64,000 nt of DNA, from contig NC_134026.1 in assembly GCF_964204645.1 (NCBI RefSeq), forward strand, positions 16,712,150 to 16,776,149, read 5' to 3'. The translations under genes and the position numbers were made by a program. The notes under the pieces were generated by a model. That model saw only the letters and a program-made list of their open reading frames with translations. It was not told where the DNA came from and did no database searches. The stretch is from Tubulanus polymorphus. Taxonomy: Eukaryota; Animalia; Nemertea. Below, one piece after another: positions 51,865-63,717 of this stretch. Numbering within the stretch: the stretch's first letter is position 1; the number at the start of each line of letters is the position of its first letter.

Positions 51865-54800
51865 TTAACATGTTACAATCCTATTCATAATCTCATTTTC
51901 TTTCTCTTCATCCCTTTTACATTTTAATTAGTCATCTAAATGGCAACCATACGCGACTGTATGAATTCCGTCATCCAGAATATATCTTTTATCATCGAAG
52001 GGATTCAAACTAACCTTTTCTGTCTCTTCAATAAACATTTCATGATCTTCAGATGTTAAAAATTTCATCTTATGTTTTATAACTTCTTCATTAAATATAC
52101 AATTGATGTATTCTTTAAAATGAATATTTTTTCAACAACTATTTTTGTAATACCTTTCAATTTTTTAGATTCATGAGTTTTATAACTATACATTTTAGAT
52201 CAATTCCAATGAACTATATCATTTCTTCACCACCTAATTCATCCTTAAACTTCCCAGGAACTTTTTTATTTTCGTTACTAAACAATTCATGATCTTTTGG
52301 ATAATTACTTAAGTCGAAATGATGTATTAATGTTTTTAAATCATCTGTTATATTATACATTTATTATTATTTTATTTATTATTATTATATTATGTCTTTA
52401 ATACTGTCAGTATCAAAATATAAGATTTCTATATGCCTTTCTCCAAAATGAGGTTGTAATACGTTAAAGTAAAATTCATACATTAATAACTTTGATATTT
52501 CTAAAACTGATGCTCCAACATAAATTGGTTTATTAAATTCCATAGAAGTTCTCATTGTAACTGCAGCTAAATTTTCATCATATATTCTGTTACCAATAAA
52601 TTTAGGATATGTTTGTAAATGTCTAATTCTTTTACCATTACTAACTAACCCAATATCATCTCTATTTCTAATATTTTCACAAGTCTAACCATAGAATGCA
52701 TTATTCATTAGTTTGAAAAAATCTTTCTCAAAATCAGTTTTAGCTTTAGTCCTCTGTTTGGTATTAAAATCTATATATTTTTCTAACCATTTAGATCGAC
52801 TGAATGAAACATATCTATGTACTTTTTTAGAACCATTCCTTGATTCAAATAAAATTTCAACATTCTATAATGTACTACATAATAAATTTTATCTTCCTGA
52901 GTCACAATTAACATTTCTGTATGAATATGATTTTCATCGGTTCATGAACTTCGCTGAAAAAGCTGAAACGCTGAAAATAAAACACGGAAATTTCAGGGAA
53001 TTCCAGGAAAACGCTGAAATTTCAGGGAATTCCCGAAAAACGCTGAAATCGTGATAGGAACCGACGATACATGTTTTGAAAATTTTTCCTGGCCTGGTGT
53101 CTACTGCCGGGTTCTAAACCGTGCTTTAGTCTTTACCGAATTACCGAATTTTTTCCCGTTATAGAGATACGCCTACAAGGTCGTTGTCTTCGGCTCCCTT
53201 CAACATTTAATTTTCAACTGGCATCAGACCACAATTAATAGGTTAGTAGCTTGAAGATGCGTATGGCCGGACCATAGTAGCTAGAGTGAAGTAGAGGTCC
53301 CCCATAAATCATGCTATAATTTTGGCAAATGAGATAGAGGTCTGAGCTCAACTTTTGATCGATTGATGGATGACCTCATTTCCTTGACATGAGTCGGGAG
53401 TCTTCAATTGAATCAGGAGGAACAATAATTGTTCTTCAGGACACACTGTATAACATGATACTTACTAGCCAAAAATTAGACCATCAAAACTGCATCAGTT
53501 CCAAAAACTACCATCATGCTTCCCCAAAATGGAAAATAAATAAATAATATTTTACTTTCATTTGTCTGCGTATCATGATATAAATTGTTGTTATTGTTTT
53601 ATGTACATGTATGTACCCGTATGAGCTAACAATGAAGTTTTCACTTCATTTGAATAAATTCTTAACTACAGTAATTCTAATTCTCAATTGTTTTTATTAT
53701 TGTTTGGTTATTCCTTGCATTTTCTCATTTCCACGTTTCATACAAGAAGTAGTTGAATGAAAGTACAGTTAGGCTGAACCTGACAACCCATAATAAGTGC
53801 TAGCATCGAGATTTGATTATTTCGATTTTATTTTCGGTGTCATTGAAATTCGTAAATAAAGGTTCAATTGTCATTGTACTTAGCATAGCTTAGATTGGGT
53901 TTCATATTCCTACATTTTCTACAAGGAGGCCTTAAAGGGTCGTCCCCGGGTAGATGTCAAAACTTGGTTTACATTCTCAAGTTGCTGGAGACTACCATTT
54001 GCATTCATACCTCGATTTGTCTGGCCTATGAGAGTCGAACATTTCCCATACACAGGCTTGGCTTTAGTGTAGATGAAGGCTAGGCACTGCACATTGTGGA
54101 TTAACTGGAACTCTAAACTCTCAAAATGAAACGAGTCAACAAGAAAGATCCAATAATTGAACGTTTATCTAACTATATTAATTAACAGCTTAATAGATAT
54201 ACATTATACATTATACACAAAAGAAATCCGTTCTACATTTTATCCGAATCAAGCGTTAAAGCCACAGATTCGCTTTGCTTGGGCTTGAATACTGGTTCCA
54301 TTGCTTCGTATTCTATTGAAAACCCCTTTGTTACCTCGGAGTATCGCTTAGCTTTTAAAGACTACAAATTTGGTCCCAGGAAAACCAAGTAAAGCGGGGT
54401 ACTACTGTACATCAGCTGTTGACTTATTTTTCTCTGGTTGAATCAAGTTATTACTGAATGAAATATAATCACTGCTGCTACAAGAAGTCTTTTTTCGGTA
54501 TATGTGTGTCCATCTTAGCAAATCAACTTGGTCCATGATTCCTCCTTTTATAGATAGTCTAAAAATAAGAATTGTTACATTTTTCTAACAGATGCTATGT
54601 CATTTCTTTAAAAAACCTGATGATTTTCTCACCACAGCAAATAAATTATTCGCAATTGTTAAATCCATTCCATACGCACAATGAATTAAAAAGAAATTAA
54701 GTAAAATCCCTTTTATCCAAAAGCCGCATCATCATTATAACTAGCTATCTAATTTTAACTTACCTCAAGTCTCCAACAGAGAATACCATAGTCATGCGTG

Positions 54801-57800
54801 ACGTGTTGACAAAAGAAAAGTGGTTCTCATAATCATATTCTATATACATTGAAATGTTCAAATAAGATTTTTTCGTCTTGTAGAAGTAAACCACATTCTT
54901 GGAATATTCAGCATAGTGTTTAAAGTTGGCTTGTGCGGTTGTGATAGGGTTTTGATACTCCATACATACTGTTTATCCATGTCTCTATAACCAAAAATTA
55001 GGTAGAGACTAAAGCAAAGGTTCAGGACTCGGCAGCGGCCCCGGCCCGGAAAAAAATTGAAAACGTGTATTGTCGGTTCCTAGGACGATTTCAGCGTTTT
55101 TCGTGAATTCCCTGAAATTTCAGCGTTTTTCGGAAATTCCCTGAAATTTCAGCGTTTCAGCTTTTTCAGCGAAGTTCAGGAACCGGATATTCAGGTTTAA
55201 TTCTTTTTTGATAATTTGATAATTCTTCATGTGTTAAGTTTTATTTTCTGGACGGTATGCTAGATTTCTAGATTTAAATTTAATATGTTCAGGATATTCT
55301 AAATCTACAACAAAAAAGTATCCTGTATCTGAATCATCTGCAATATCTAGAATTCTTTTCTTCCAATCAAATTTATCAAAATTTTCGTGCTGTAAAACCT
55401 CAGTTATTTGAAATACTCCATAAGGCTGAGGTTCCATCATTGCCCAACCATATATATATTATTTGCATCTATATTTAATTACTTATATCCAGGATTATCA
55501 TTTACATTGAAATATCTATCACCTAATACACCTGAATCACCTCCTCTTATAGATTTTTCAAATAATAATAACTGGTCTATATTCGTTAATAAATCTACTA
55601 ATTGTCCATGATTTTTTATTTTGAAATGATTCCAAATATTCAATGTTCCATTATTAACTTCATCTTTAACATATTTGGATCTTAATACATCATAAAATTG
55701 TTCTTTTAATAATTCAGTTATATTTAAATCATTGTGCGATTTATAAAATGAATATGGAATCGAGCCTTTATATCTCATTAATTGAAAATCATTATTATTT
55801 GGATAATGTTGTTTTTAATATTTTTAATTCATCATCGATTAAACTTTTTGATAAATTGTCTAATGAACTACTTAAAAATCTATATGACTCTATAAATATT
55901 AGACATCCAAATTGGAAAGATATATAATTTTCAGATGTTTTAGCTAACATTTTAAATTTATAAGTTGGTATTTTAGCAACATCTTTTGATCTATTTGAAT
56001 TTAATCTTTCTATTTCATTATTGATTTCTTCTATTTTATGACATAGCTGTTTTATCAATAAATGAGCATCATACCCTGATTAATTATGAAATATAACTGG
56101 AACAAAATTGATTTACATAGTTTGTAAGTTACTATTCTCATGTGCTGCGCCTCTAAACTTTCCATTCAAATGATCATGAGCTCTTCCTTTTTTATCAGAT
56201 GAATAGAATACTTGATTACAATAATAACATTTATCTGCAAAATCAAAATCTTCTTTATCTTGTTCTGTCATTATAATTTCTATATTTGTATCTAATAGTT
56301 TACTAAACTTAATTTCATATTCAATTAATAAGTCACAAGATTGTTAACATTTTCATTTCTATAATCATAATATTCACTTTTAATAAGTTCGGGATAGTCT
56401 GATTTTACATATAATCCAAAAGCTGCAGCTGGTTGATAAATCTTTTTAATAGTATTTTCTATTGGTGGTTCTTCTGAAAAATCATTTTCATTAGAATTTA
56501 ATTTCTTTCTTTTATAATATATTTCTTTTCTATCTTGATCAGTTAATTCTTTATTTGATTCAAAATCTCCATATATTACAAATGGTACTTTATTCTTGTA
56601 ATAATATTTTTTGAATTCTAATATTTTATCTTTTTCATTTGGTAAAATTAATTTACAATAATCATGATTATCACATAATTGTTTATGAATTAATAATGCA
56701 CTTTCATTACTGAATCTATGTAAAGATTTTCTACAAAGATATATTTTATTATTTTCTGTTCTAAAAAATAAATCGATTTGTTTTATACACATATAATTAT
56801 TCTCATAATATAGTATATCTATAATACCATTTGAATCATAATCTTTTGATAAATATAAAGGTTCTAATATTAAATGTTTAATATAGTTACCTGTTGTATT
56901 TGGTAATTTAATTGAAATCGAATACATTTATTTTTATATCATTATCTCTTTCTATTTTTGAAATATTTTCAATTCTAACAGGATAACTGTCTATCTTATA
57001 ATTATTTTCAAATTGTTTATAATTTGTTAATCTAAAACTATGTGTAATATCTTCTGTTAGATGTAAGCAACTAATTATTGACCATAAAAACATTTATTAT
57101 CTTCATTTTGTACATTTATAACAGCATTAGTTTTAAATGGTAGTTTAATATAACTTGATGCATTTATATTATCATCTTTATAATATGATAAATTATTTTC
57201 ATCAATTGGTTTCCATTAAGTTAATTTATTATATCTTGTATTGTACACATGTAACGTCATTAATATTATTTCATCTAATATTAAACCAGATCCTTCAAAA
57301 TATTTCTCTTCTATTTTTCTTTTTATTTCATTATTACATTTATTTAATCTATCATCTATAAGTTGTTTTGAAATAAAATGATGTGAATGGGAATTTACAT
57401 TATATATTGGTTTATCTTCAGATTTTATAAATTTAACTTTAGCCGATATACTTATTTTAGGATATTCTACGTCCGTAATTATTTTTCATATTTTCTAAAT
57501 GTTTTTTATTTTCTCCTAATGTTTTACCTTTATGAAATTTAAATTCAATAGCAGCTGGTCCAATATCACTTTTAAATGCTTCAGTAATTTCAATATCTTT
57601 TTTATCATCTAATGAATTAATATAATTTCTAACATCTTCCATGTACGGTCTTTTATTTCTTAATTTATTTTTTATTCTTTTAATTATGCTTTGTTTATGA
57701 TCTTTGTCAAAATAATCTTCACCTAAACTATCATTATTAATATTTCTAATATTACTTTTAGATTTTAAATGTTGTTCATAATATCTTTTGTCACTGAATG

Positions 57801-57993
57801 ATTGATTACATATATCACATCTATATATTTCTTTTTCATTCTTTAATTCATCTAGTTTAGTTTCTAATACATCATCTTTATATTCTAATTTCAATCTATT
57901 CTCTAAGTAAGATTAAGTACTATTATGTCTTGCTTTTTGAGATTTATCTATATTGATTTTACATATTGGACAGTAGTACTTATTTGCTTCCAT
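51865..57993 (-). pseudogene. polB: pPolB of copy B with N-terminal zinc fingers, split by a TIR element
   Basis: MEANKYYCPIC, YRCDIC, CFLWSII, PFVIYGDFES, HDHLNGKFRGAAH, IRGGDSG, DTD and DDKRY; colinear with copy A. Confidence 0.92.
52937..55186. mobile_element. Non-autonomous DNA transposon with ~200-bp TIRs and a 7-8 bp TSD
   Basis: cggttcatgaacttcgctgaaaaagctgaaacgctgaaa pairs with tttcagcgtttcagctttttcagcgaagttcaggaaccg. Flanks are (g)attttca / (g)atattca, and PolB resumes exactly across it. Confidence 0.85.
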
Positions 57994-58000
57994 TTTGATA

Positions 58001-58372
58001 TCAAATTTTTTTAATAAAAGTGATTTTATATTTTTCGAAATCTATATCATGACATCCTTTTTCATTCTTACCCTTATATATGAAATAGAAATCACCTGAA
58101 CATAATTCTTCTATAACGTCCCTAGATAATCTATGAAATCTATGTGGTAAATATGTTCTGAGTTTATATTTATTTCCTTTTAATCCTTTATATTCTAAGT
58201 GAATAACTAATTTATTACCATATCTATTAGTAATTGTTTCAATATTTGTAATTAAATATTTCTTATGTAATGTTAATTCTGTTAACTTTTTGAATTTATA
58301 ATCTACTGATTTGACATTTGTTGTATCTTTAATTCTATTTAAGAATTCACTGTGTATTTGTTTACTCTCCAT
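58001..58372 (-). CDS. MESK-family small protein, putative OB-fold SSB (copy B)
   Basis: Intact ORF, homologous to 59407-59748 and 2272-2623. Confidence 0.7.
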   Translation of the reverse strand: MESKQIHSEFLNRIKDTTNVKSVDYKFKKLTELTLHKKYLITNIETITNRYGNKLVIHLEYKGLKGNKYKLRTYLPHRFHRLSRDVIEELCSGDFYFIYKGKNEKGCHDIDFEKYKITFIKKI

Positions 58373-58484
58373 TTATTATACATATTGTTTATTAAAATTG
58401 ATTTTCATATATATAATATTCATATAAATGATTTTCATTTATACGTTATTCATCTATATGTTATTCATATATATGGAATTATTA

Positions 58485-58630
58485 GAGTAATTGTATAAAT
58501 AGGCTTTCATACAAGAGGTTGAGGGGGTGACTGAATAAAAAATAGTAAATAAATTCGAGCGTGCGAGAATTTATTTTTTATTTTTTATGAGCTCGACCTC
58601 TGGTATGAAAGCCTATTTATACAATTACTC
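58485..58630. repeat. Terminal palindromic hairpin of copy B (loop GAGCGTGCGA)
   Basis: gagtaattgtataaataggctttcatac...aaataaattc pairs with gaatttattt...gtatgaaagcctatttatacaattactc. Confidence 0.9.
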
Positions 58631-59232
58631 CGCAAGTAAGGTGGAGACTAATGTAATATGTCACAATGTATGTATACAGTTGTTTCCACCTAGAACAGTA
58701 GCTCTGGGCCAGCAAAAGTTTAGACAAATTGTGGTAGAGACTTTCGGTTTTTACATATCGACAAACAGTATGCACATGAATTGAAAAACTTATTATTCTA
58801 CGCTTATACGGGTTACCGAACATACCGTACCGCTATGGGTGTAGTCCACTGTTGGCCTACACTTACACATACGAAGAGGATCAGCATGCGTTTAGTAAGC
58901 AGCTAATGTAATTACATTTACAGGAATCTTGTTATGAATGCGTTGGCAATTTGACCGAATGTGGATTGGCGCGTACCATCAACGATACTGTAGAAAAATG
59001 CAACAGATCAACCGGAAAGCATTGCTGGGTATGTAAAACAATGATGATTGACTTTTCTTGCATAGATATACCGTTGGAGGATATGATACTGGTTCAAATT
59101 CAGTATAATCTGGAAAAGTGCCCCTTTTAAAGTTACATCATAAAATAGGAGTAATTCAGCTTCGCACATCGAGTATTCCCACTGACATGCTGACAAACCG
59201 ATAATCCCTCGATGCATCCACGGATAATTCAC

Positions 59233-59348
59233 GAGTAATAGGGAATAAGTTGTTTCAAGCCAAAGGTCGAAAAATAAATTCTCGCACACTCGAATTTATT
59301 TTCCAACCTTTCAACCTTTGACTTTAAACAACTAATTCCCTATTACTC
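59233..59348. repeat. Terminal palindromic hairpin of copy C (loop TCGCACACTC)
   Basis: gagtaatagggaataagttgttt...aaataaattc pairs with gaatttattt...aaacaactaattccctattactc. Confidence 0.9.
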
Positions 59349-59406
59349 TTATAATATTAATCTAATAACTTCTAAAATAAATGTTAATAAAAAATATGTT
59401 ATTAAA

Positions 59407-59748
59407 ATGGAGAGTAAACAAGTACACAGTAAATTCTTAGATAGAATAAAAGATACTACAAATGTAAAATCTGTAGATTATAAATTCAAAAAGTTAACAG
59501 AATTAACAATTCATAAAAAATATCTAATTACAAATATTGATACAGTTACTAACAAATATGGTAGTAAATTAGTTATCCACTTAGAATATGAAGGAATGAA
59601 AGGAAATACATATAAATTCAGAATATATTTACCACATAGATTTCATAGATTATCAAGTGAAAATTTGGAAGAATTATGTTCTGGAGATTTCTATTTCATA
59701 TACAAAGGTAAGAATGAAAAAGGGCACCATGAAATAGATTTCGAATAA
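59407..59748 (+). CDS. MESK-family small protein, putative OB-fold SSB (copy C, intact)
   Basis: 113-aa intact ORF ending EIDFE; three homologues in the window. Confidence 0.72.
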   Translation: MESKQVHSKFLDRIKDTTNVKSVDYKFKKLTELTIHKKYLITNIDTVTNKYGSKLVIHLEYEGMKGNTYKFRIYLPHRFHRLSSENLEELCSGDFYFIYKGKNEKGHHEIDFE

Positions 59749-59940
59749 GAAAATATGTAAAATCATATTACTTTTTAAAAAAATTTATATTGAAACCTCA
59801 GTAATAATAAATTACCTTTATTAATTTCAAACTTATTCATATATTAGTTGAAAAAAATAAAAATAAATTGGTTGAAAATTGTATAAATAATATTGTTAAG
59901 GTATCTAATACGTATTTAATACAAAAATACTTAAAATACC

Positions 59941-60556
59941 TTATTTTATAAATTTATATTCATAGGGAAATTGTAGTCTCAGTAATAATTTTGAACCTTT
60001 ACTATTCTTTAATTTATTCATATATTCATCATGTAATTCAATAGGTATAATTTGATTGATTTTCTTCTAATGATTGTTGCATAGATTTTCTATCTTTATT
60101 GAAGAATAAAACTAAAAATCTTTTATTCTCCCTAAAGTCATTAACAATTGAATTATATTTTTGATTTAAAACCCATGTTTTTATCCCAAAATGTCTCCCA
60201 GAGAAAGCTAGATAACATAACTCACTTTCTCTAACTTTTGAATCATGTTAATTTGCGCAATCATCTATAATGAATAATGTATTTGATCCTTTATAAATAT
60301 CAATTGCTATTTTTATACAATTATCTAAATTTTCTTTTACTGTTTTAGGATCTAATATAATAAACTTTTTTCATCTTAACTATATCCCTATTATATTTTT
60401 ATTCATTTCATAAGTAGGACAAAATAATATTATATTATCAAAATGATTCTTATAAATAGTTTCTAACAAGTCTAATATGAAATTCGTTTTACCACAGTTG
60501 GTTACCCCAGTTACTAACATATAATGCGGTTCAAATATAAATAAATCTTCATTCAT
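59941..60556 (-). pseudogene. A32-like packaging ATPase (copy C), frameshifted
   Basis: MLVTGVTNCGKTNF Walker A, LFIIDD Walker B and GRHFG. Confidence 0.88.
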
Positions 60557-61650
60557 TTATTCTTTTAATTTTACTAGATAAAATCCATTCATTAAATACC
60601 CTTCATACCCTTTATATTTCACCAAAGAATACTTTTTTCCTTTAAGAGTTTTTGTTTTCAATACTTTTTCTATTTTGTATTCTATTTCATCTGGATTTGG
60701 TACAAGTGATAATTCTTGTTCATAAAAATAACCTAATATTTCTTCATCTTTTAAATCTTCTAATTTATAAACAAAAGGTTTAGTTAATATTATTTTTTTA
60801 ATCTTGAATATTTCTTCAGTAAAATTTGGAGTATAACCTTTATAAAATGTTTTTCGATATTTAGATATTCTAACGTGTTGTCCAATTTTAAATTTAGGTT
60901 CTCCAAAATCATGTGTAACAAACGCTCCATATAAATTATTCCAAACTATTTCTGAATTATCTTCTTTTCTAGCTTGTATAGGTTTCATATTTATAGAACT
61001 ATGTTTAGAATTATTATAACCTTTCACTAAATCTTCTAACACATCGATATATTTATATGTTTCATTAGCAGTAAAATATTTCCACATTCTAGTTTTCAAT
61101 GTTTTATTAAATCTTTCTATAATAGATGCTTTTTTATCTGAGTGTGTTGCAAAATATTCTACATCGTTATCAGATTATCAGAGTTTTTTAAAATGTTTGT
61201 TATAAAATTCCTTACCTTCATCAAATTGTATCTTACCTGGAATAGCTTCTTTAAATATATTCTTAAAAGCATTTGTAACTTCTATACCAGTTTTATTTTT
61301 GATTGGAATTGACCATGCGTATCTACTGAATATATCTATAACATTTAATATCCAGAAATATCCTCTGTTGTGTGCTTCTAAGTTCTTCATGTTAATTAAA
61401 TCTGCTTGCCATTGTTGATCAATATATGAAACCATAACTTTTCTTGTTCAATAAGTTTTATCCATTATCTTGTGGATTTGATATGTTGGTTGATTTTGAA
61501 ACCATAATTTTAATTCACTATATTTTATATTTTCATTATCAGATTTAATTTTATCCCATAATTCTGAAACGCTAGAATATGATACTTTACTCTCTGGGTT
61601 ATTATATAAATCTCTTAAATATTGTTCTTTTTCATCTTATTTTAATCCAT
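60557..61650 (-). pseudogene. rve integrase with C-terminal chromodomain (copy C)
   Basis: QWQADLI, IDIFSRYAW, QFDEGKEF, ASIIERFNKTLK, FYKGYTPNFTEEIF, GYFYEQEL and EYKIEKVLK...LVKYKGY. Confidence 0.92.
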
Positions 61651-61977
61651 TAATAGTGATTTAGATTTAGTTTCAATGATTTTATCATTTGACTTATTTT
61701 CTGGTATAATAGGTTTATCATCAGAATCATTATTATTAGATTTGAATTTATTACACCGGAGAATATAATAATTGTGATTAACCCAATTGAAATATATAAG
61801 TAATTATTTCTTCCACTATTAGAAGAATCAGATGGATTGTTATTTGAATTAATATCAGGTGATTCATTTATATCAGTTAATTTCTTTTTCTTAGCTTTTT
61901 TTAATTCTGCAGATCTTTTACCTAATTCCCTAGCCCATTAAATTTGTTTCTCAGATCTAGTCTTTTTCTTAACACCA

Positions 61978-62580
61978 TCACTCATTTATTTTAGTTAATT
62001 TTTGTTCTGATTCAATATCACAGTGTGGGTGCCGTATGGCACCATCTTCTGATTTACTTTTATCTTTACATACTATAGGTTTAATGTTAGAAAATGTTAT
62101 AACTCCAGTAGAAATCAATGTCATTTTTCCTCCTAATTGGAATGAAGCATATCCAACCCATTTTTGTAATTCAGTCATAACTAAGTAGTCATTTTTTAAA
62201 TCAACATATAATTTATTTTCATCATCACTTGGTATAATCCGTTTACATAATTTTGAATAACATTTTATAATGCCATCACTTATAGAGTCATTTATTCTAG
62301 TTAATCTTGCTTCTTCATAAATCTTAAAATATTTTATTTCTTTATCTGGTTTCATAGAGTCTAATTCTTGAAAAGTTATTATTTTCCCCAAGAAATCCTT
62401 AGATTTCCCGCCGGCAATTAGTAATTCAAGATAGTGCTTACAATATAAGTAGTATTCATAATCAATATTACAATCAATATTATTTTCCATTTTGGTTGGA
62501 ATATCCTTATTATCACTAATGCCCAAATCATCTAATGTTTTTTCAATATCGGTATTATTCTTACTCGATTTCTTTGACAT
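61978..62580 (-). CDS. Conserved hypothetical Polinton protein (200 aa, intact)
   Basis: Intact ORF with a TAAATG start; degraded homologue in copy B. Confidence 0.65.
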   Translation of the reverse strand: MSKKSSKNNTDIEKTLDDLGISDNKDIPTKMENNIDCNIDYEYYLYCKHYLELLIAGGKSKDFLGKIITFQELDSMKPDKEIKYFKIYEEARLTRINDSISDGIIKCYSKLCKRIIPSDDENKLYVDLKNDYLVMTELQKWVGYASFQLGGKMTLISTGVITFSNIKPIVCKDKSKSEDGAIRHPHCDIESEQKLTKINE

Positions 62581-62914
62581 TTATATTAGAGAAAAAAGCA
62601 AGAAAAAAAAAATATTATAAGTATTATAAAATGATACTAGTATCTCTTTAGGTTAATACTAAATTGACTAGGTTAGTTAAAGTCAAAGAATTTCTATTCA
62701 AATCTATTCAAAATATAAAGTATTCTCTTTTCGAAAAGAAATATTAGATTTTTGAAAAAATATAATAGAATTAACTAGCTAGTTGAAGTTATTGTTTTTT
62801 AAATTCTTTTTATTTAAATTAGGATTTAATATCTCACTAATATTGTTTATCTATTAGGAGCAGTAATTATAACTGTCCAGATAAGTCATTTCGGATTCTT
62901 GATAATAAATCTTC

Positions 62915-63715
62915 AAACTTAAAATCACTTCAAAGAAACGACTGGTGGAATTACTATTTCATAAACACATATATTTTATTCTACAGTCAGTATCGATTTC
63001 CACATTCCAAGCCGCTCGGGAGCCGAGCTGTAAGGTATGCGTGGAATGCAGGAACCAATAAAGTATACTACAACATCTGTCACTGCGACATTAACAACAG
63101 CTGAATGACGCAATTGAAATTTCGGCAAACGTAATGCATTGAAAGCCTATACAGTATGGCTAAACTGCTACAGTCTCATGAGTTGACAAATGCATAATTT
63201 CTGATTCCACATCCTCCTATCTTCACTTTCTTGGTTCAAATAGCAATGGTCTTCTTGTTACGCGTAGCATTTTGTTATCTAAAAGATAAATATCTAGCGT
63301 GGGATAAAACTAACTTGAAGTTGTAGTTTTCAAATATCAATTACAGCACTTAAACATGTTTCCCGACGCCTTAATAACAACAAAAACAGTACTTACATTT
63401 ATAACTGTAAACTCCTACTTGTGTTTCTAGAGAAAAATCTTATACGTTCTATATATTCCGTCTGTTCAGTTCGGCTGTTGTAATGCGACTGCGCTCAATA
63501 TACCCAGGCACTGTCTGTCTAAGCAACAGATGTTCCTTTGTGATGTAATTGATTAATCCTTTTCAACTGGAATAGCACATTCGATCAATATTCAAATGAG
63601 GTACACCCCATTCAACCGAATATAAAATGTGGCACAGATGTTAGTATAATTGCATATAGGTAGTTATAATGGATAACTATATACACACATACACAAGCGA
63701 GTTCTTATTATAAAC
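62915..63715. other. Unrelated ~800-bp insertion in copy C
   Basis: The flanks (ttcggatt..tgata..aaat...caaac and aagattcaac) are nearly adjacent in copy B at 49223-49282. Confidence 0.55.
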
Positions 63716-63717
63716 GC

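Larger units (their letters stand above)
36115..58630. mobile_element. Polinton/Maverick-like endogenous virus, copy B (most complete; several nested insertions; left end lost)
   Basis: A plus-strand structural block (36180-42400) converges with a minus-strand block read from the right-end hairpin: MESK, PolB, HNH, two ORFs, integrase, ATPase. Confidence 0.9.

Noticed and set aside
58390-58405. AAAATTGA (mimivirus early promoter) within the gene header, also at ~7270
   Set aside because: It lies on the strand opposite the gene and is expected by chance in such AT-rich DNA.
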